64,000 bases of DNA, taken from Patescibacteria group bacterium (GTDB lineage: Bacteria; Patescibacteriota; Patescibacteriia; SG8-24). This document shows positions 46,110 through 56,066 of this stretch, piece after piece. The notes beneath the pieces were generated by a model, which saw nothing but the letters and a program-made list of their open reading frames with translations, ran no database searches and was not told the origin of the DNA. The DNA lies in NCBI GenBank assembly GCA_041667185.1, contig JBAYFM010000009.1, positions 351-64,350 of the forward strand, given 5' to 3'. Position numbers and translations under genes: made by a program. Position 1 is the stretch's first letter; each line of letters begins with the position of its first letter.

Positions 46110-46330
46110 ATGATATTTATGTGGAAACAGCATAATGTATCTCCGCCAAATAATCAAGCGCCCCGGCCGGGAACGCCCAAGCCAGACCTGATCGTCAAGA
46201 ATTGGTACGATATAGCCCATGATCATCCGAACCTGCGAATGAATCCGGATTCACACGACCCGCGGAGATCAAGACGGGACAAAAAAACCCGGATCCAGTG
46301 CGGATCCGGGTTTTGCGATAAGGCCGCCGA

Positions 46331-47029
46331 TCAGCCGGCGAGCAGCAGCCACTTGCCGGGCGCGGCGGGTTGGCCGTCCTGGGCGGGCCGAGCTTTGATC
46401 TCGCCGATGGGAATGGCGTGGCGGCAAAGTTCGACGAGCAGCTTCAGCCGCTCGAACATGCCGACGTCGCCAGCCATGGCGAAACCGAGCAAGTAGAAGA
46501 CGCAGGCCATGGGCATGAGAGCGATCGTGTTCGCGGCATTGTCGTTGAGCCGGCCGAAGAACTGGGCGTAAGCCGTCTTCATGTTGATCTGGACCGCCAG
46601 ACCGAGCGTGTCATACACCTTGTACATCAGCTCGTTGGACTGCTCATCATCCAACTGGATGGCGAGCTCGTCGCGGAACTCGCTCAAGAGCAGCACGCTG
46701 GTGAAGACGAAGTCGGCTGACGGATCGACGTCAGCAGCCTCGGCGTCGGCGGCTGCCAGATCGGCAGGCAGAGCGCCGTTCGCGCTGAGACCGGTGCCGA
46801 GCGACCCGGCCAAGACGCGCAGATCAGTGATCGTCTTGCCGAGAGCGACGGCTAAAGCCGCTTTGGCCGCATCCTGATCCACGTGCCAGGCGATATCGAG
46901 CGGAAAGATGCCGACCTTGGCTTCCGTGAAATAAGGATCGATGACCGCCAGCGCCCGCTGCGCCAGCTTCTTGTCGGCGCAATGGCGCAAGACAAAGTCG
47001 ACCAAGCTTTGCTGATCCGTCGTGAACAT
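46331..47029 (-). CDS. Hypothetical protein, 232 aa
   Basis: ATG at 47029 gives MFTTDQQSLVDFVLRHC. Helical with a hydrophobic C-terminal segment. No family recognised. Confidence 0.4.
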   Translation of the reverse strand: MFTTDQQSLVDFVLRHCADKKLAQRALAVIDPYFTEAKVGIFPLDIAWHVDQDAAKAALAVALGKTITDLRVLAGSLGTGLSANGALPADLAAADAEAADVDPSADFVFTSVLLLSEFRDELAIQLDDEQSNELMYKVYDTLGLAVQINMKTAYAQFFGRLNDNAANTIALMPMACVFYLLGFAMAGDVGMFERLKLLVELCRHAIPIGEIKARPAQDGQPAAPGKWLLLAG

Positions 47030-47217
47030 CTGGATCTCCTGACCGGCGAATGCCGAAATGAGACAATGAAAGGAGCTTGCGCCCACCTTAGCCGTTAATG
47101 GCCGTTATCGTCAACGCCCGGCGCCCGCCAGCCTTGATTGACATTCACCCGCCGCGCCGTTAAGATCGCCGCAAGTTCTTTAGACAATCAGCTGAATCAC
47201 TGTCCGGAGGTGCCGTC

Positions 47218-48300
47218 GTGAACGACCAACGCAACCAGGCCGCCGAAAAGCGGCCGCTCGTAACCGGCAAGGAACTGCTGTTAGCCGCGTTATTCTTCCT
47301 CGTCATCGCCTGGCTCGCGAGCTGGAAGTTCGCGCTCATCATGATGGGCTCGCTCCTCATCCATGAATTCGGACACGGCTGGGCCATGAAACGCCTCGGC
47401 TGCGGTATCCGGGGATTCTACTTCGTGCCGCTCCTGGGACTCGCGGTCTCCCCGCTCAGGAAATGGGAATCGCGCCGGGACGAGACGATCATCGCGCTCA
47501 TGGGACCGGCCTGGGGCTTTGCCCTGGGACTCGCCTGTCTGGGCCTCTACTTCCTGACCAACGAACCGATCTTCGCCGGCGCAGCCATGTTCAACGGTTT
47601 CCTGAATCTCTTCAATCTGCTGCCGGTCAACCCGGTTGATGGCGGCCGGGCGGCGAAATCCATCGCCTACTCGATCTCGCCCAAGTTCGGACTCGCCGTG
47701 CTGGTGGCCGGACTCGGATTGACGGCCTGCCTCGGACTCTTCTTCTCTCCGATCGTCGTCGCTTTCATCGGCTTGGCCGGTTACTTCGACCTCAAGCAGG
47801 AGATCAGCGACCAACGCCAACAGCGCGACCGCGAACGGATCATCGCCGCCTTCGCCGAAAAGCTCGGCGTCGAACCGAAGGTGAACGTCGTAAGCGACGC
47901 TTTGCAGCAGATCTTCGACTGCATCAATGCCGGCCTCATAGACTGGAGCGAACTGCACGACGAAGGACTGCGCCAGCGCATGAAAAACTGCGGCCTCACC
48001 TCTGGCGACATGATGAAGCTCTTCTGGACGCGGATCGCCGTCGATGCCACCGAACCGCGCCGCTCGTTCAGATCCCGCGCCACTTCGGCGCAGGAACTTT
48101 GGGCCCTGACGGACGACGACGATTTCCGCCAGACGCCGCTCGGCAAGTTCCTCAAAACGAAACCGCTCCCGGTGATGACGCGCGATGAAGCGCTGAACGG
48201 CTTCGTGGCCTACGCCGCGCTCGCCGGCGGACTATTCTGGCTGTTCACCGCCGCCTCGCAGATCATGAACTTCACGGAACTTCTCAAAGCTCTCAGCTGA
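47218..48300 (+). CDS. Site-2 protease family zinc metalloprotease (M50)
   Basis: GTG start with SD ccggagg. HEFGH zinc motif in a TM helix. LNLFNLLPVNPVDGG matches the M50 NxxPxxxLDG motif. 360 aa. The C-terminal soluble region is not recognised. Confidence 0.6.
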   Translation: MNDQRNQAAEKRPLVTGKELLLAALFFLVIAWLASWKFALIMMGSLLIHEFGHGWAMKRLGCGIRGFYFVPLLGLAVSPLRKWESRRDETIIALMGPAWGFALGLACLGLYFLTNEPIFAGAAMFNGFLNLFNLLPVNPVDGGRAAKSIAYSISPKFGLAVLVAGLGLTACLGLFFSPIVVAFIGLAGYFDLKQEISDQRQQRDRERIIAAFAEKLGVEPKVNVVSDALQQIFDCINAGLIDWSELHDEGLRQRMKNCGLTSGDMMKLFWTRIAVDATEPRRSFRSRATSAQELWALTDDDDFRQTPLGKFLKTKPLPVMTRDEALNGFVAYAALAGGLFWLFTAASQIMNFTELLKALS

Positions 48301-48315
48301 TCCTTCTGATTCTTG

Positions 48316-48347
48316 CCGCGCCCCGTTCATCGGGACGCGGTTTTTTT
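48316..48347 (+). terminator. Intrinsic terminator of the M50 gene
   Basis: ccgcgccccgttcatcgggacgcgg followed by ttttttt, 16 nt after the stop. It contains the ccgttcatcgg motif that also ends several octamer-repeat copies. Confidence 0.6.
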
Positions 48348-48357
48348 CGCCACTTTA

Positions 48358-48560
48358 ACAGGGAGTGACGGAGAGACGGAGATACGGGAGAGACGGAGAG
48401 ACGGAGAAACGAAGTCATTTGAAATATATTTTTAACCTCGTAACTTCGTCTCTCCGTCTCTTCCTGACTCCCCAACTTCAGCACTCCAGAACTCCAGAAC
48501 TCCAGAACTCCAGCACTCTCAACTAAGCCTCCCCCACTCCCCAACTCTCAAAACAAAGGC
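48358..48560. repeat. Octamer-array palindromic repeat, copy R8 (GAGAGACGGAG-rich forward arm, AT-rich centre, inverted arm ccagaactccagaactccagaactccagcactc)
   Basis: gggagtgacggagagacggagatacgggagagacggagagacggagaaacgaagtcatttgaaatatatttttaacctcgtaacttcgtctctccgtctcttcctgactccccaacttcagcactccagaactccag. Confidence 0.7.
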
Positions 48561-48574
48561 TATAATGTCCCCAT

Positions 48575-49198
48575 ATGAATGAAGACCTTAAGCAGTTCAT
48601 CAAATCCGCCCTGACGGAAAAGATCCCCAGGCCGGACATTAAAAAAGCCCTCTCCCAGGCCGGCTGGGCGGAAGAGGAGATCGTCTCGGCCATCGGAGCC
48701 TTTGCCGAGATCGACTTCCCGATCCCGGTGCCGCGCCAACGCCCCTACCTGTCGGCGCGCGAGGCGTTCATTTACCTGCTCCTGTTCGCCTGTCTCTATT
48801 GGAGCGCCTGGAGCTTCGGTACGCTGCTCTTCGATTTCATCAATCATTGGATCCCGGATAAGCTGTCGCAGTATTATCAGCTCGACATCTTCGGCGTGCG
48901 CACCTCGATCGCCTCGCTCATCGTCGCTTTCCCGATCTACTTCTGGCTGACGACGCTCACGATCAGATGGATCAGCCGCGATCCGGAAAAGAAGAGCTCC
49001 AAAGTCCGCAAGTGGCTGACCTACCTCACGCTCTTCGTGGCGGCCAGCATCATCATCGGCGACCTCATCACGCTCATCTATAACCTGCTCGCGGGCGAAC
49101 TGACGCTGCGGTTCATCCTCAAAGTTCTGGCCGTAATGCTCATCGCCGGCCTGATCTTCGGCTACTACCTATGGGATCTGAGAAAGGAAGAGAAATAA
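48575..49198 (+). CDS. Hypothetical membrane protein (DUF5671-like), 207 aa
   Basis: N-terminal soluble ~55 aa, then four TM helices. The family name is uncertain. Confidence 0.45.
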   Translation: MNEDLKQFIKSALTEKIPRPDIKKALSQAGWAEEEIVSAIGAFAEIDFPIPVPRQRPYLSAREAFIYLLLFACLYWSAWSFGTLLFDFINHWIPDKLSQYYQLDIFGVRTSIASLIVAFPIYFWLTTLTIRWISRDPEKKSSKVRKWLTYLTLFVAASIIIGDLITLIYNLLAGELTLRFILKVLAVMLIAGLIFGYYLWDLRKEEK

Positions 49199-49200
49199 AT

Positions 49201-50085
49201 ATGTTGCGCATCAATGGTCTCCGGATCTTCGCCGGCTTCGTCATCACGCTCGTCATCGCGGCCATCGCCGGCGGCCTGTACCTTTCCGGTTCGCCGAACG
49301 CGGAGCGCAGCCGCCAGTTCGATTCGCAACGCCTGGCCGAAGTGCAGCAGATCGCGGCCGCGGTGGATTCTTTCTACGCCCGCAACAACCGGCTGCCGGC
49401 CGACCTGAAAGTCCTCATGCAGGCCGCGGGAACCGAAAGCTACCTGGTCGGTTCGCTCGAGGATCCGCAGACGAAAGAACCCTACGGCTACGAACCTCAG
49501 GGCGATTCCAACTACCTGCTCTGCGCCATTTTTGATCTGGCCAGCGAAACAGCAGACCAACAGGAATTGAAACAGCCGATGCCGGTGCGAGAACCACTGC
49601 CGCCGGCCGCGACCGCCCCGCTCGTGACCGAGCCTTTGACACGCGGCCGCCTGCGGACCTGGGAGCATCCGTCCGGACATTTCTGCTTCGAACTGAACGC
49701 CACGGACACCATCGGCAGCGTCCAGTGCGGTCTGCGTAATCCCTGCGCCGCCGGCCAGACTTGCGCCACGCTGCCGGACAACAAAGGCACGCTCTGCGTC
49801 CCTCAGGGACACGAATGCGAGGCTGCCGGCTGCCCCGGACAATGTCTCCTCGCCGAGAGCTATCCGGTCCAGGTCACCTGCGCCCAGCCTAAAGGCGCCG
49901 CCAGCAGCTGCGTGCTGATGCGCCAGATCAAGACCGGCGAGGTCGACTGCTACGGCTGCGCCCAGGGCGCCTGCACAAGCCGCCCGGCGGACTGGGAAGA
50001 TTTTGCCGCTCCGGCCCAGGCGGGATACGTCGGCATTCCCTACTCCTGCCAATCGACCGCGAAAGGCTGCCAGCTGGTCCAGTAG
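49201..50085 (+). CDS. Hypothetical secreted Cys-rich protein with pseudopilin-like N-terminal region
   Basis: ATG at 49201 with SD aaggaag. Translationally coupled to the upstream gene (stop 49198). TM anchor, then QQIAAAVDSFYARNNRLPADLKVL (resembles the GspG/pseudopilin helix but with no prepilin cleavage motif), then 16 Cys in the C-terminal 130 aa. Confidence 0.45.
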   Translation: MLRINGLRIFAGFVITLVIAAIAGGLYLSGSPNAERSRQFDSQRLAEVQQIAAAVDSFYARNNRLPADLKVLMQAAGTESYLVGSLEDPQTKEPYGYEPQGDSNYLLCAIFDLASETADQQELKQPMPVREPLPPAATAPLVTEPLTRGRLRTWEHPSGHFCFELNATDTIGSVQCGLRNPCAAGQTCATLPDNKGTLCVPQGHECEAAGCPGQCLLAESYPVQVTCAQPKGAASSCVLMRQIKTGEVDCYGCAQGACTSRPADWEDFAAPAQAGYVGIPYSCQSTAKGCQLVQ

Positions 50086-50112
50086 CTGTCGGCATCAGCC
50101 AACGTCTAAAAA

Positions 50113-50140
50113 GCCGCCGGGCGAACTCGGCGGTTTTTTG
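50113..50140 (+). terminator. Intrinsic terminator
   Basis: gccgccgggcgaactcggcgg followed by tttttt. Confidence 0.6.
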
Positions 50141-50142
50141 AT

Positions 50143-50290
50143 TCGAGGGTGGGGGTGAAGAAGTGCTGAAGTACTGGAGTTCTAAAGTGCGGAAGTTAAA
50201 AAATATCGATTGACTCCGCCACGTCGCTCGCGAGCGACGTGGCTCCGTCTCTCCAGCACTCCCGCACTCCTGCACTCCCTAACCCCATTG
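50143..50290. repeat. Octamer-array palindromic repeat, copy R9 (contains the same 42-nt palindrome as R1)
   Basis: gaagtgctgaagtactggagttctaaagtgcggaag ... atcgattgactccgccacgtcgctcgcgagcgacgtggctccgtctctccagcactcccgcactcctgcactcc. Confidence 0.75.
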
Positions 50291-50360
50291 ACTCCATCCG
50301 CCAGCGCTGGCAAGCTGTCTTGAAGTCCTTTTCCAACCACCACCGACCAAGGAGCTGCCG

Positions 50361-51035
50361 ATGAAGGGTTATCGCAGCGTCTTCTCTTTCCGCTACGGTA
50401 TCTTCGACATGGACGGCACGCTGATTGACAGCATGCAGCCGTGCCTCAAGATCTTCGCCGACCTCGTGGCCAGCTACGGCCTCGACGAAGCGGCCGCCCG
50501 GGATTCATTCGCGGCCGCGACCAGCGCCAAACTCACGGATATCTTCCGTCAGACGATCAACGCGGCCGGCGACAACCCGACCGACAAGGAAATCGCCAGC
50601 CTCTTCCTCGAATTCGAGCGGCGCATCCGCCTCGTGCCGATCGACTATCTCGCCGGCGCGAAAAGGCTCCTGCGCGCGCTCGCCGGCAAAGGCGTCACGA
50701 TCTTCGTCTCCAGCGGCTCGCCGGATGAGACAGTCAGCCGCCGCCTCGGCTCCGAACTCGCCCGCGGCCGCTTCAAGCTGACGCTCGGCTCGACAGCCAT
50801 TCCGAAAGGACCGCTGCATATCCAGGCCTTCGCGGACGCCGCCGGCGTCTGCATCACCGAGTTCGCGCGCGACTGCTTCTACTGCGGCGATTCGGAGATG
50901 GACATGCTCATCGGCCACCGCTTCGACCTGTACACCGTGGGCGTCCTCGGCACGATCACCGCCGAACGTCTGCGCGCCGCCGGAGCCAGGCGCGTCATCC
51001 CAGGCATCGACGCCCTGCTCGCCGATCCGCGCTGA
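50361..51035 (+). CDS. HAD-superfamily hydrolase (phosphatase-like)
   Basis: SD aaggag. Motif I FDMDGTLIDS, motif II-like SGS, motif IV GDSEMD. 224 aa. Followed by a terminator cccccaactttggggg plus T-run (51036-51061). Confidence 0.7.
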   Translation: MKGYRSVFSFRYGIFDMDGTLIDSMQPCLKIFADLVASYGLDEAAARDSFAAATSAKLTDIFRQTINAAGDNPTDKEIASLFLEFERRIRLVPIDYLAGAKRLLRALAGKGVTIFVSSGSPDETVSRRLGSELARGRFKLTLGSTAIPKGPLHIQAFADAAGVCITEFARDCFYCGDSEMDMLIGHRFDLYTVGVLGTITAERLRAAGARRVIPGIDALLADPR

Positions 51036-51178
51036 CCCCCAACTTTGGGGGTCTTTTTTTAGCCGCTCGGACCCGACACGACTGGCCGGCTGTCTGAGCT
51101 TGACGCCGGCTGACGCAGCCGCTAAGGTCGCTTCAAGTGGGCCTTTCTGTGTCTGAACAGCTAACGTGGAGGTGGCTC

Positions 51179-52435
51179 ATGTCACGCTCTTTGACAACCA
51201 AAACCCTGCTTGTTCTGCTCGCTACCAGCGGCATCTACACCGGCGGATTCCTCCTGGGACGCCGCACAGCCGAGACAGTCGAAACTGTCCCGCCAGTCAG
51301 CCAGATCGAATCCCTCCCGCCGGAACCAGCCTCGCTCAACGGGATGTGCAGCGAATCTCCAGACAAGGTTGCAGGCGTGGATTTCGAAACCTACCGGCAG
51401 GTTTGGATGATGATCAGGAGCCAGTACTTCGATTCGAGCTCGGTCTCGGATTCCAAACTCTTCTACGGCTCGCTCGCTGGCATGGTCGCCGCGCTCGATG
51501 ACCCGCATTCGCGATTCTTCGACCCGACCGAAGCCAAGCAATTCGAAGAAGCCAAGTCCGGAAAATTCTGCGGCATCGGCGCGGTCCTCGAAGACAAGCA
51601 AGAGACCCTGACCATCATCCGGATCATGCCGGGCTCGCCGGCGGAACGCGCCGGGCTCAAGGCCGGAGACCAGATCCTGACGATTGACGGACAGCCGACG
51701 AAGGACAAAAAGATCGACGAATGCGTCACGAAGATCCGCGGGGCCAAGAAGACCAAGGTCAAACTGCTCGTGAACCGCCCGGGCCTGCCCCAACCGCAGG
51801 AATTCATGATCACGCGCGACGAAGTCACGATCGAATCCGTCAAATGGAAAATGATCGAACGCGGCGGAAAGCATCTCGCCGTGATCCAGATCGCCGAATT
51901 CCAGAGAAACACCGACGAGCAGTTCGACGAGGCCGTGGCGGCGATCATCAAAGCCAAAGCCGACGGACTGGTCCTCGACCTGCGCGACAACCCCGGCGGC
52001 TATCTCCACATCGCTATCGACATCGCCGGTGAATGGATCGGCAGCGGCGTAGTGGTTCAGCAAAAATATCGCGACGGCACCATCGAAAAAAGCGGCGTGC
52101 AACACAAAGCCCGTCTCGCCGCGATGCCGACCATCGTGCTACTGAACAAGAACTCAGCCTCCGCTTCGGAGGTGCTCACCGGCGCCCTGAAAGACAACGA
52201 CAAGATCAGGATCGTCGGCGAAAAGAGCTATGGCAAAGGCTGCGTCCAGACCGGATACGACCTGCCGGACGGCTCCTACGTGAAGCTCACGATCAGTCTC
52301 TGGCTCACGCCATCGGGAAACATGATCCATAAAGTGGGCATCGAACCCGACGTCGCGGTACCGCTCACCGAAGACGACGCGAAAAATGAACGCGACCCAC
52401 AGCTCGACAAGGCGCTCGAACTCCTCGCCAAGTGA
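51179..52435 (+). CDS. Carboxyl-terminal processing protease (S41, tail-specific protease) with PDZ domain
   Basis: ATG at 51179 with SD gtggaggtgg. TM anchor, PDZ domain (GIGAVLEDKQETLTIIRIMPGSPAERAGLKAGDQIL), catalytic Ser in NKNSASASE, Lys in the GEKSYGKG region. Terminator at 52455-52490. Confidence 0.75.
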   Translation: MSRSLTTKTLLVLLATSGIYTGGFLLGRRTAETVETVPPVSQIESLPPEPASLNGMCSESPDKVAGVDFETYRQVWMMIRSQYFDSSSVSDSKLFYGSLAGMVAALDDPHSRFFDPTEAKQFEEAKSGKFCGIGAVLEDKQETLTIIRIMPGSPAERAGLKAGDQILTIDGQPTKDKKIDECVTKIRGAKKTKVKLLVNRPGLPQPQEFMITRDEVTIESVKWKMIERGGKHLAVIQIAEFQRNTDEQFDEAVAAIIKAKADGLVLDLRDNPGGYLHIAIDIAGEWIGSGVVVQQKYRDGTIEKSGVQHKARLAAMPTIVLLNKNSASASEVLTGALKDNDKIRIVGEKSYGKGCVQTGYDLPDGSYVKLTISLWLTPSGNMIHKVGIEPDVAVPLTEDDAKNERDPQLDKALELLAK

Positions 52436-52599
52436 GTCGACCGCCTCTCGACCGCGACCCGCCGGAACTTTCCGGCGGGTCTTTTTATTTCCAGCATCAG
52501 GCGCAAAAAGTCCCGACCAACCCCGATTGACTCGTCGTTCCGGTTCTGATTAAGTTCGCTATACGTATGTCAGTCAAAGGCTGAAGACAGGAGTCTGAC

Positions 52600-53763
52600 A
52601 TGAGACGTTCTTTCATAGCATTGGCGATTGGGGTTCTGCCCGTCACCACCTTCATCCTCGGCCTGGTCATCGGCCGAGGCAACCAGAGACCGCCTGCGCG
52701 GCAATTCAGCGAGGTCTGGAACTACATCGAGGATAACTACGCCGCCGGACCGCTGGACCAGGACAAGATGCTCCGTAGCGCCCTTACCGGACTCATCGGC
52801 TCGCTGCACCGCCAGGACGACACGTTCTCGGCTTACTACGATCCCGAGACGGTGCGGCAGATGGAGCGGGCGGAAAAAGACTCGACCTCCGACCTGGGCA
52901 CCATTACTGATCTCCGGACCGACCCGCCGACCATTGTCGGGCTCATACCCAATTCGCCGGCGGAAAAAGCCGGGGTCTTCCCCGGCGACCGGCTGTTGGC
53001 CATCAACGGCCGCAGCGCTTCGGGACTCACCCGCCAAGGCCTGGTTACCCTGCGGAGCACGCGGCTCGCCGGCAAGACGATCCGCCTGCTCATCGGACGT
53101 GAAGGAGCCGCTGAACCGCTGCAGTTCGACATCGATGCTGTCCCGGCGGCTTACGACCTGGTCAGTCTGCGGCTGGTCCAAGCGAACGGTCGTCGTCTGG
53201 CGATCATCCGGATCGCCGACTTAACCGGGGATGCTGCCGCCAGATTCGACCAAGCGGCAGACGACGCGCTGAAAGCCGGGATCGAAGGCCTGATCATCGA
53301 CCTCCGAGGCAATCCCGGCGGCACCGTCGACAACGTCTGCCACATCGTCAGTGCCTGGATCGGCTCGAATAGCTGCATGATGATCACCTATGCGCACGAC
53401 AACGCGAAATTCGCCTCACGATTGACCGAATACTCGCCGCTGGCCAGCAAACCGACGATCGTGCTCGTCGACGGCGGATCAGCCTCGGCGGCAGAGGTCA
53501 TGGCCGGCGCCTTGCAGGACTATGGCCTAGCCCAAGTGGTCGGAACGCAGACCTTCGGAAAAGGCGTCGGCCAAGTTGACCTCCAACTGAGCGACGGTTC
53601 CGTCATCAGTCTGGTGACCACGCGCTGGTTCACGCCCAAAAAATTCCGCTCGGTCCACAATGTCGGCCTGACGCCGGACGTGATCGTGCCTCGGACGACG
53701 GCGGACTTCCAGATGAACCGCGACCCGCAACTCGACAAGGCGCTCGAACTCCTCGCCAAGTGA
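52600..53763 (+). CDS. Carboxyl-terminal processing protease (S41) paralog with PDZ domain
   Basis: SD agacaggag. The same architecture (DGGSASAAE, TFGKG). The C-terminal 15 aa NRDPQLDKALELLAK are identical to the upstream paralog, and the terminator is near-identical (53790-53821). Confidence 0.75.
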   Translation: MRRSFIALAIGVLPVTTFILGLVIGRGNQRPPARQFSEVWNYIEDNYAAGPLDQDKMLRSALTGLIGSLHRQDDTFSAYYDPETVRQMERAEKDSTSDLGTITDLRTDPPTIVGLIPNSPAEKAGVFPGDRLLAINGRSASGLTRQGLVTLRSTRLAGKTIRLLIGREGAAEPLQFDIDAVPAAYDLVSLRLVQANGRRLAIIRIADLTGDAAARFDQAADDALKAGIEGLIIDLRGNPGGTVDNVCHIVSAWIGSNSCMMITYAHDNAKFASRLTEYSPLASKPTIVLVDGGSASAAEVMAGALQDYGLAQVVGTQTFGKGVGQVDLQLSDGSVISLVTTRWFTPKKFRSVHNVGLTPDVIVPRTTADFQMNRDPQLDKALELLAK

Positions 53764-53982
53764 GGATCTCGCCATGCCTCTCGACCGCAACCCGCCGGAA
53801 CTTTCCGACGGGTCTTTTTTATCGCGGCCTCTCCGGTGCCTGTCCCCTTGGTGTCAGGCACCGCGGGCTGCAGCATCTTTTTTAAGCTCATTTGATGGCG
53901 CAACGGTGTCAGGCACCTCAGGTGCCTGACACCGAAGGAAACGATTCATAAAATCCCAGGCTAGCGTCCAAAGGTCGCGCTT

Positions 53983-54114
53983 GGCGGCAAGCGGCCTATC
54001 CCCCTCTGCCTGCGGCTTCCCCCTTCGCTAAAGCTGCGGGGAACAGGTCGGGGGATTCACGAGTCATAAAACCCCGAGCTGACACTCGGGGTTACACTTT
54101 GGTGGTGAAAAAAA
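53983..54114. repeat. Structured intergenic element family 2, copy B (hairpin aaccccgagctgacactcggggtt plus ggtggtgaaaaaaa)
   Basis: Relative to copy A, the stem shows compensatory changes (AT/AT to CC/GG) that preserve pairing. Preceded by GGTGTCAGGCACC palindromes at 53860-53935. Followed by the minus-strand terminator 54108-54135. Confidence 0.55.
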
Positions 54115-54155
54115 TCGCCAGCACTAGGCTGGCGAATAGAGATGCGCGGGCTTGA

Positions 54156-54482
54156 TCAGCCCTTCGGTTTGACCGACCGTTCGCGGGAGACTTCGTCGCC
54201 GTCCCCGTCCTTGCCTTTCACCTTCACACTGATCTTCTCGATCTGGTTCGGACTCGTCCCGTTTTTGGCGTCGTCGATCTTCTTCTCGGCGGCATCGAGC
54301 TGCTTCTGCACGCCGCCGGACTTGTTGTCGTCGAGCGCCTTCTTGACCTCTTTCTCGACGTTGGCCTTGACCTTCTCGGCAACTTGCCGATGAGCGGGAT
54401 CCTTCGGGTCCTTCGGCTTCACGCTCACATGGACCTCTTCCTTCTCCAGCGGCTTCGGGGCGTCTTTCTTCTCGTCAACCAT
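54156..54482 (-). CDS. Hypothetical Lys/Glu/Asp-rich protein (~108 aa)
   Basis: ATG at 54482 with a GAGGA SD gives MVDEKKDAPKP. A longer ATG at 54521 is possible. Low complexity, no TM. Confidence 0.4.
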   Translation of the reverse strand: MVDEKKDAPKPLEKEEVHVSVKPKDPKDPAHRQVAEKVKANVEKEVKKALDDNKSGGVQKQLDAAEKKIDDAKNGTSPNQIEKISVKVKGKDGDGDEVSRERSVKPKG

Positions 54483-54654
54483 GACTGCATCCTCGCCGCT
54501 CCAGGCGGCCTTAGGGGTCAAAACACAGCCCTACTTTGGAATATTTGACCGTCATTGTCAATATCCGGACCCCACTCGCAGAACCCGATCCGGAAGATCA
54601 AGAAAATCAAAACGCGGCCCGGATCTTCTGCCGGACCGCGTCTGCGCCTGCTAC

Positions 54655-55962
54655 TTATTTCTTCTCCGTCAGCTTGACCTCGACGACCTTCTCTTCGCCT
54701 TTATGCAGGATCTTCAGCTTCACTGTGTCGCCGGCGGCAAGCTTGGTCACCGCGAGCTGCAGCGGATAATCGGCGGTCAGCTCTTTGCCGTTAATCTCCA
54801 GGATGATGTCGTTCTCGACGATGCCGGCGAGATCGGCCGGCGAACCCGGCATGACCGCGAGGTCGGTCTGCGCCTGGCCGCGGACGACGAGCGCGCCGTG
54901 ATCGACCGATAGCTGATTGGCAGCTTGCAGCTCTTTCGAGATCATGACGAAGCGCACGCCCAGGAACGGCCGGACAATCTTGCCAGTGGCGCGCAGACTC
55001 GAAACAACAGTCTTCACGTCATTGATCGGCAACGAGAAACTGATGTTCTGCGAGCCCTGGACGATGGCTACGTTGACGCCGATGACCTCGCTCTTCAGAT
55101 TCAGGAGCGGCCCGCCGGAGTTGCCCGGATTGATGGCCGCGTCCGACTGAATGACGTCGAAAAGTCCTTGCGAGCCGCCCAAACCGTCGTTCGCGGTGAG
55201 CGAGCGCTGCAATCCGGAAATGATGCCGAAAGAGACGCTGTTGCTGAAACGCCCCAGCGCGTAACCGATGGCGATGACGCTCTGCCCGACCTGTAGCTTG
55301 TCCGAATCCCCGAGCGCGACGAAAGGAAAATCCATCCCCTCGATCTTCAGGACTGCGATGTCGCTGACCGCGTCGCGGCCGAGCACCTTGGCTTCGAACT
55401 TGCGCTGGTCCTGCAGCACGACCGTGTAGGAAGCCTTCTCGTCGGCGACGACGTGCCGGTTGGTGACGATATAGCCGTCAGCCGAGATCAGGAAACCAGA
55501 ACCGGCGCCGATCTCCTGCTTCGCCGTGCCGTTCTGACGGTATTGCGGAACGTTGAACTGCAAACCCGGCATGTCGCCGAAGAACTGCTGAAAGAGATCG
55601 TCGTTCTCCTGCGGCGCCAGATATTGTTCATAGACCGGCATATCCTTGGAGACGACGATCGAGACCACGGCTGGCGAAGATTTTTTCACGACCTCGATGG
55701 CGGCCTGTTCGCTGGTGGTCTGTTTCAGCCGGCCGCGCAACTGCGGCAAAGAATATCTCTCCGCGCCGGATTGAAACTGGCCAGCCGCCGGATCAATGAC
55801 CTGGCGCACGGCGGCCGGCAGCATTTGGAATAATCCGCCGGTCAGGCGGCCGCTCGAAGCGACGAGACCGGCGGCAAAGCCGAACAAGGTGGCTACGGCC
55901 GCGGTCAGGATGATATTGACGATGAAGAACCGGTTGGACGACAACGTCTGTTTGCTGGGCAT
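54655..55962 (-). CDS. htrA: HtrA/DegP-family periplasmic serine endoprotease with one PDZ domain
   Basis: 435 aa. TM anchor. Catalytic triad context (TNRHVV His, DIAVLKI Asp, GNSGGPLLN Ser). C-terminal PDZ (GALVVRGQAQTDLAVMPGSPADLAGIVENDIIL). Confidence 0.8.
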   Translation of the reverse strand: MPSKQTLSSNRFFIVNIILTAAVATLFGFAAGLVASSGRLTGGLFQMLPAAVRQVIDPAAGQFQSGAERYSLPQLRGRLKQTTSEQAAIEVVKKSSPAVVSIVVSKDMPVYEQYLAPQENDDLFQQFFGDMPGLQFNVPQYRQNGTAKQEIGAGSGFLISADGYIVTNRHVVADEKASYTVVLQDQRKFEAKVLGRDAVSDIAVLKIEGMDFPFVALGDSDKLQVGQSVIAIGYALGRFSNSVSFGIISGLQRSLTANDGLGGSQGLFDVIQSDAAINPGNSGGPLLNLKSEVIGVNVAIVQGSQNISFSLPINDVKTVVSSLRATGKIVRPFLGVRFVMISKELQAANQLSVDHGALVVRGQAQTDLAVMPGSPADLAGIVENDIILEINGKELTADYPLQLAVTKLAAGDTVKLKILHKGEEKVVEVKLTEKK

Positions 55963-56066
55963 AGCTTAAAAAAGCTTATGGTTTGTTGAATTCACCGCGC
56001 ACAGCGGCGGCGAAAATATTATAACACGACGCGAGCCAGCGGCCGCAAGAGCGGCTATGGCTCGGA

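Noticed and set aside
53860-53935. Sigma-54 promoter assignment for GGCAC-N5-GTGC elements within the GGTGTCAGGCACC palindromes
   Set aside because: The match to TGGCAC-N5-TTGC is partial. Reduced-genome lineages frequently lack RpoN. The motif is symmetric, which is more consistent with a dimeric repressor operator. Left as an open possibility only.
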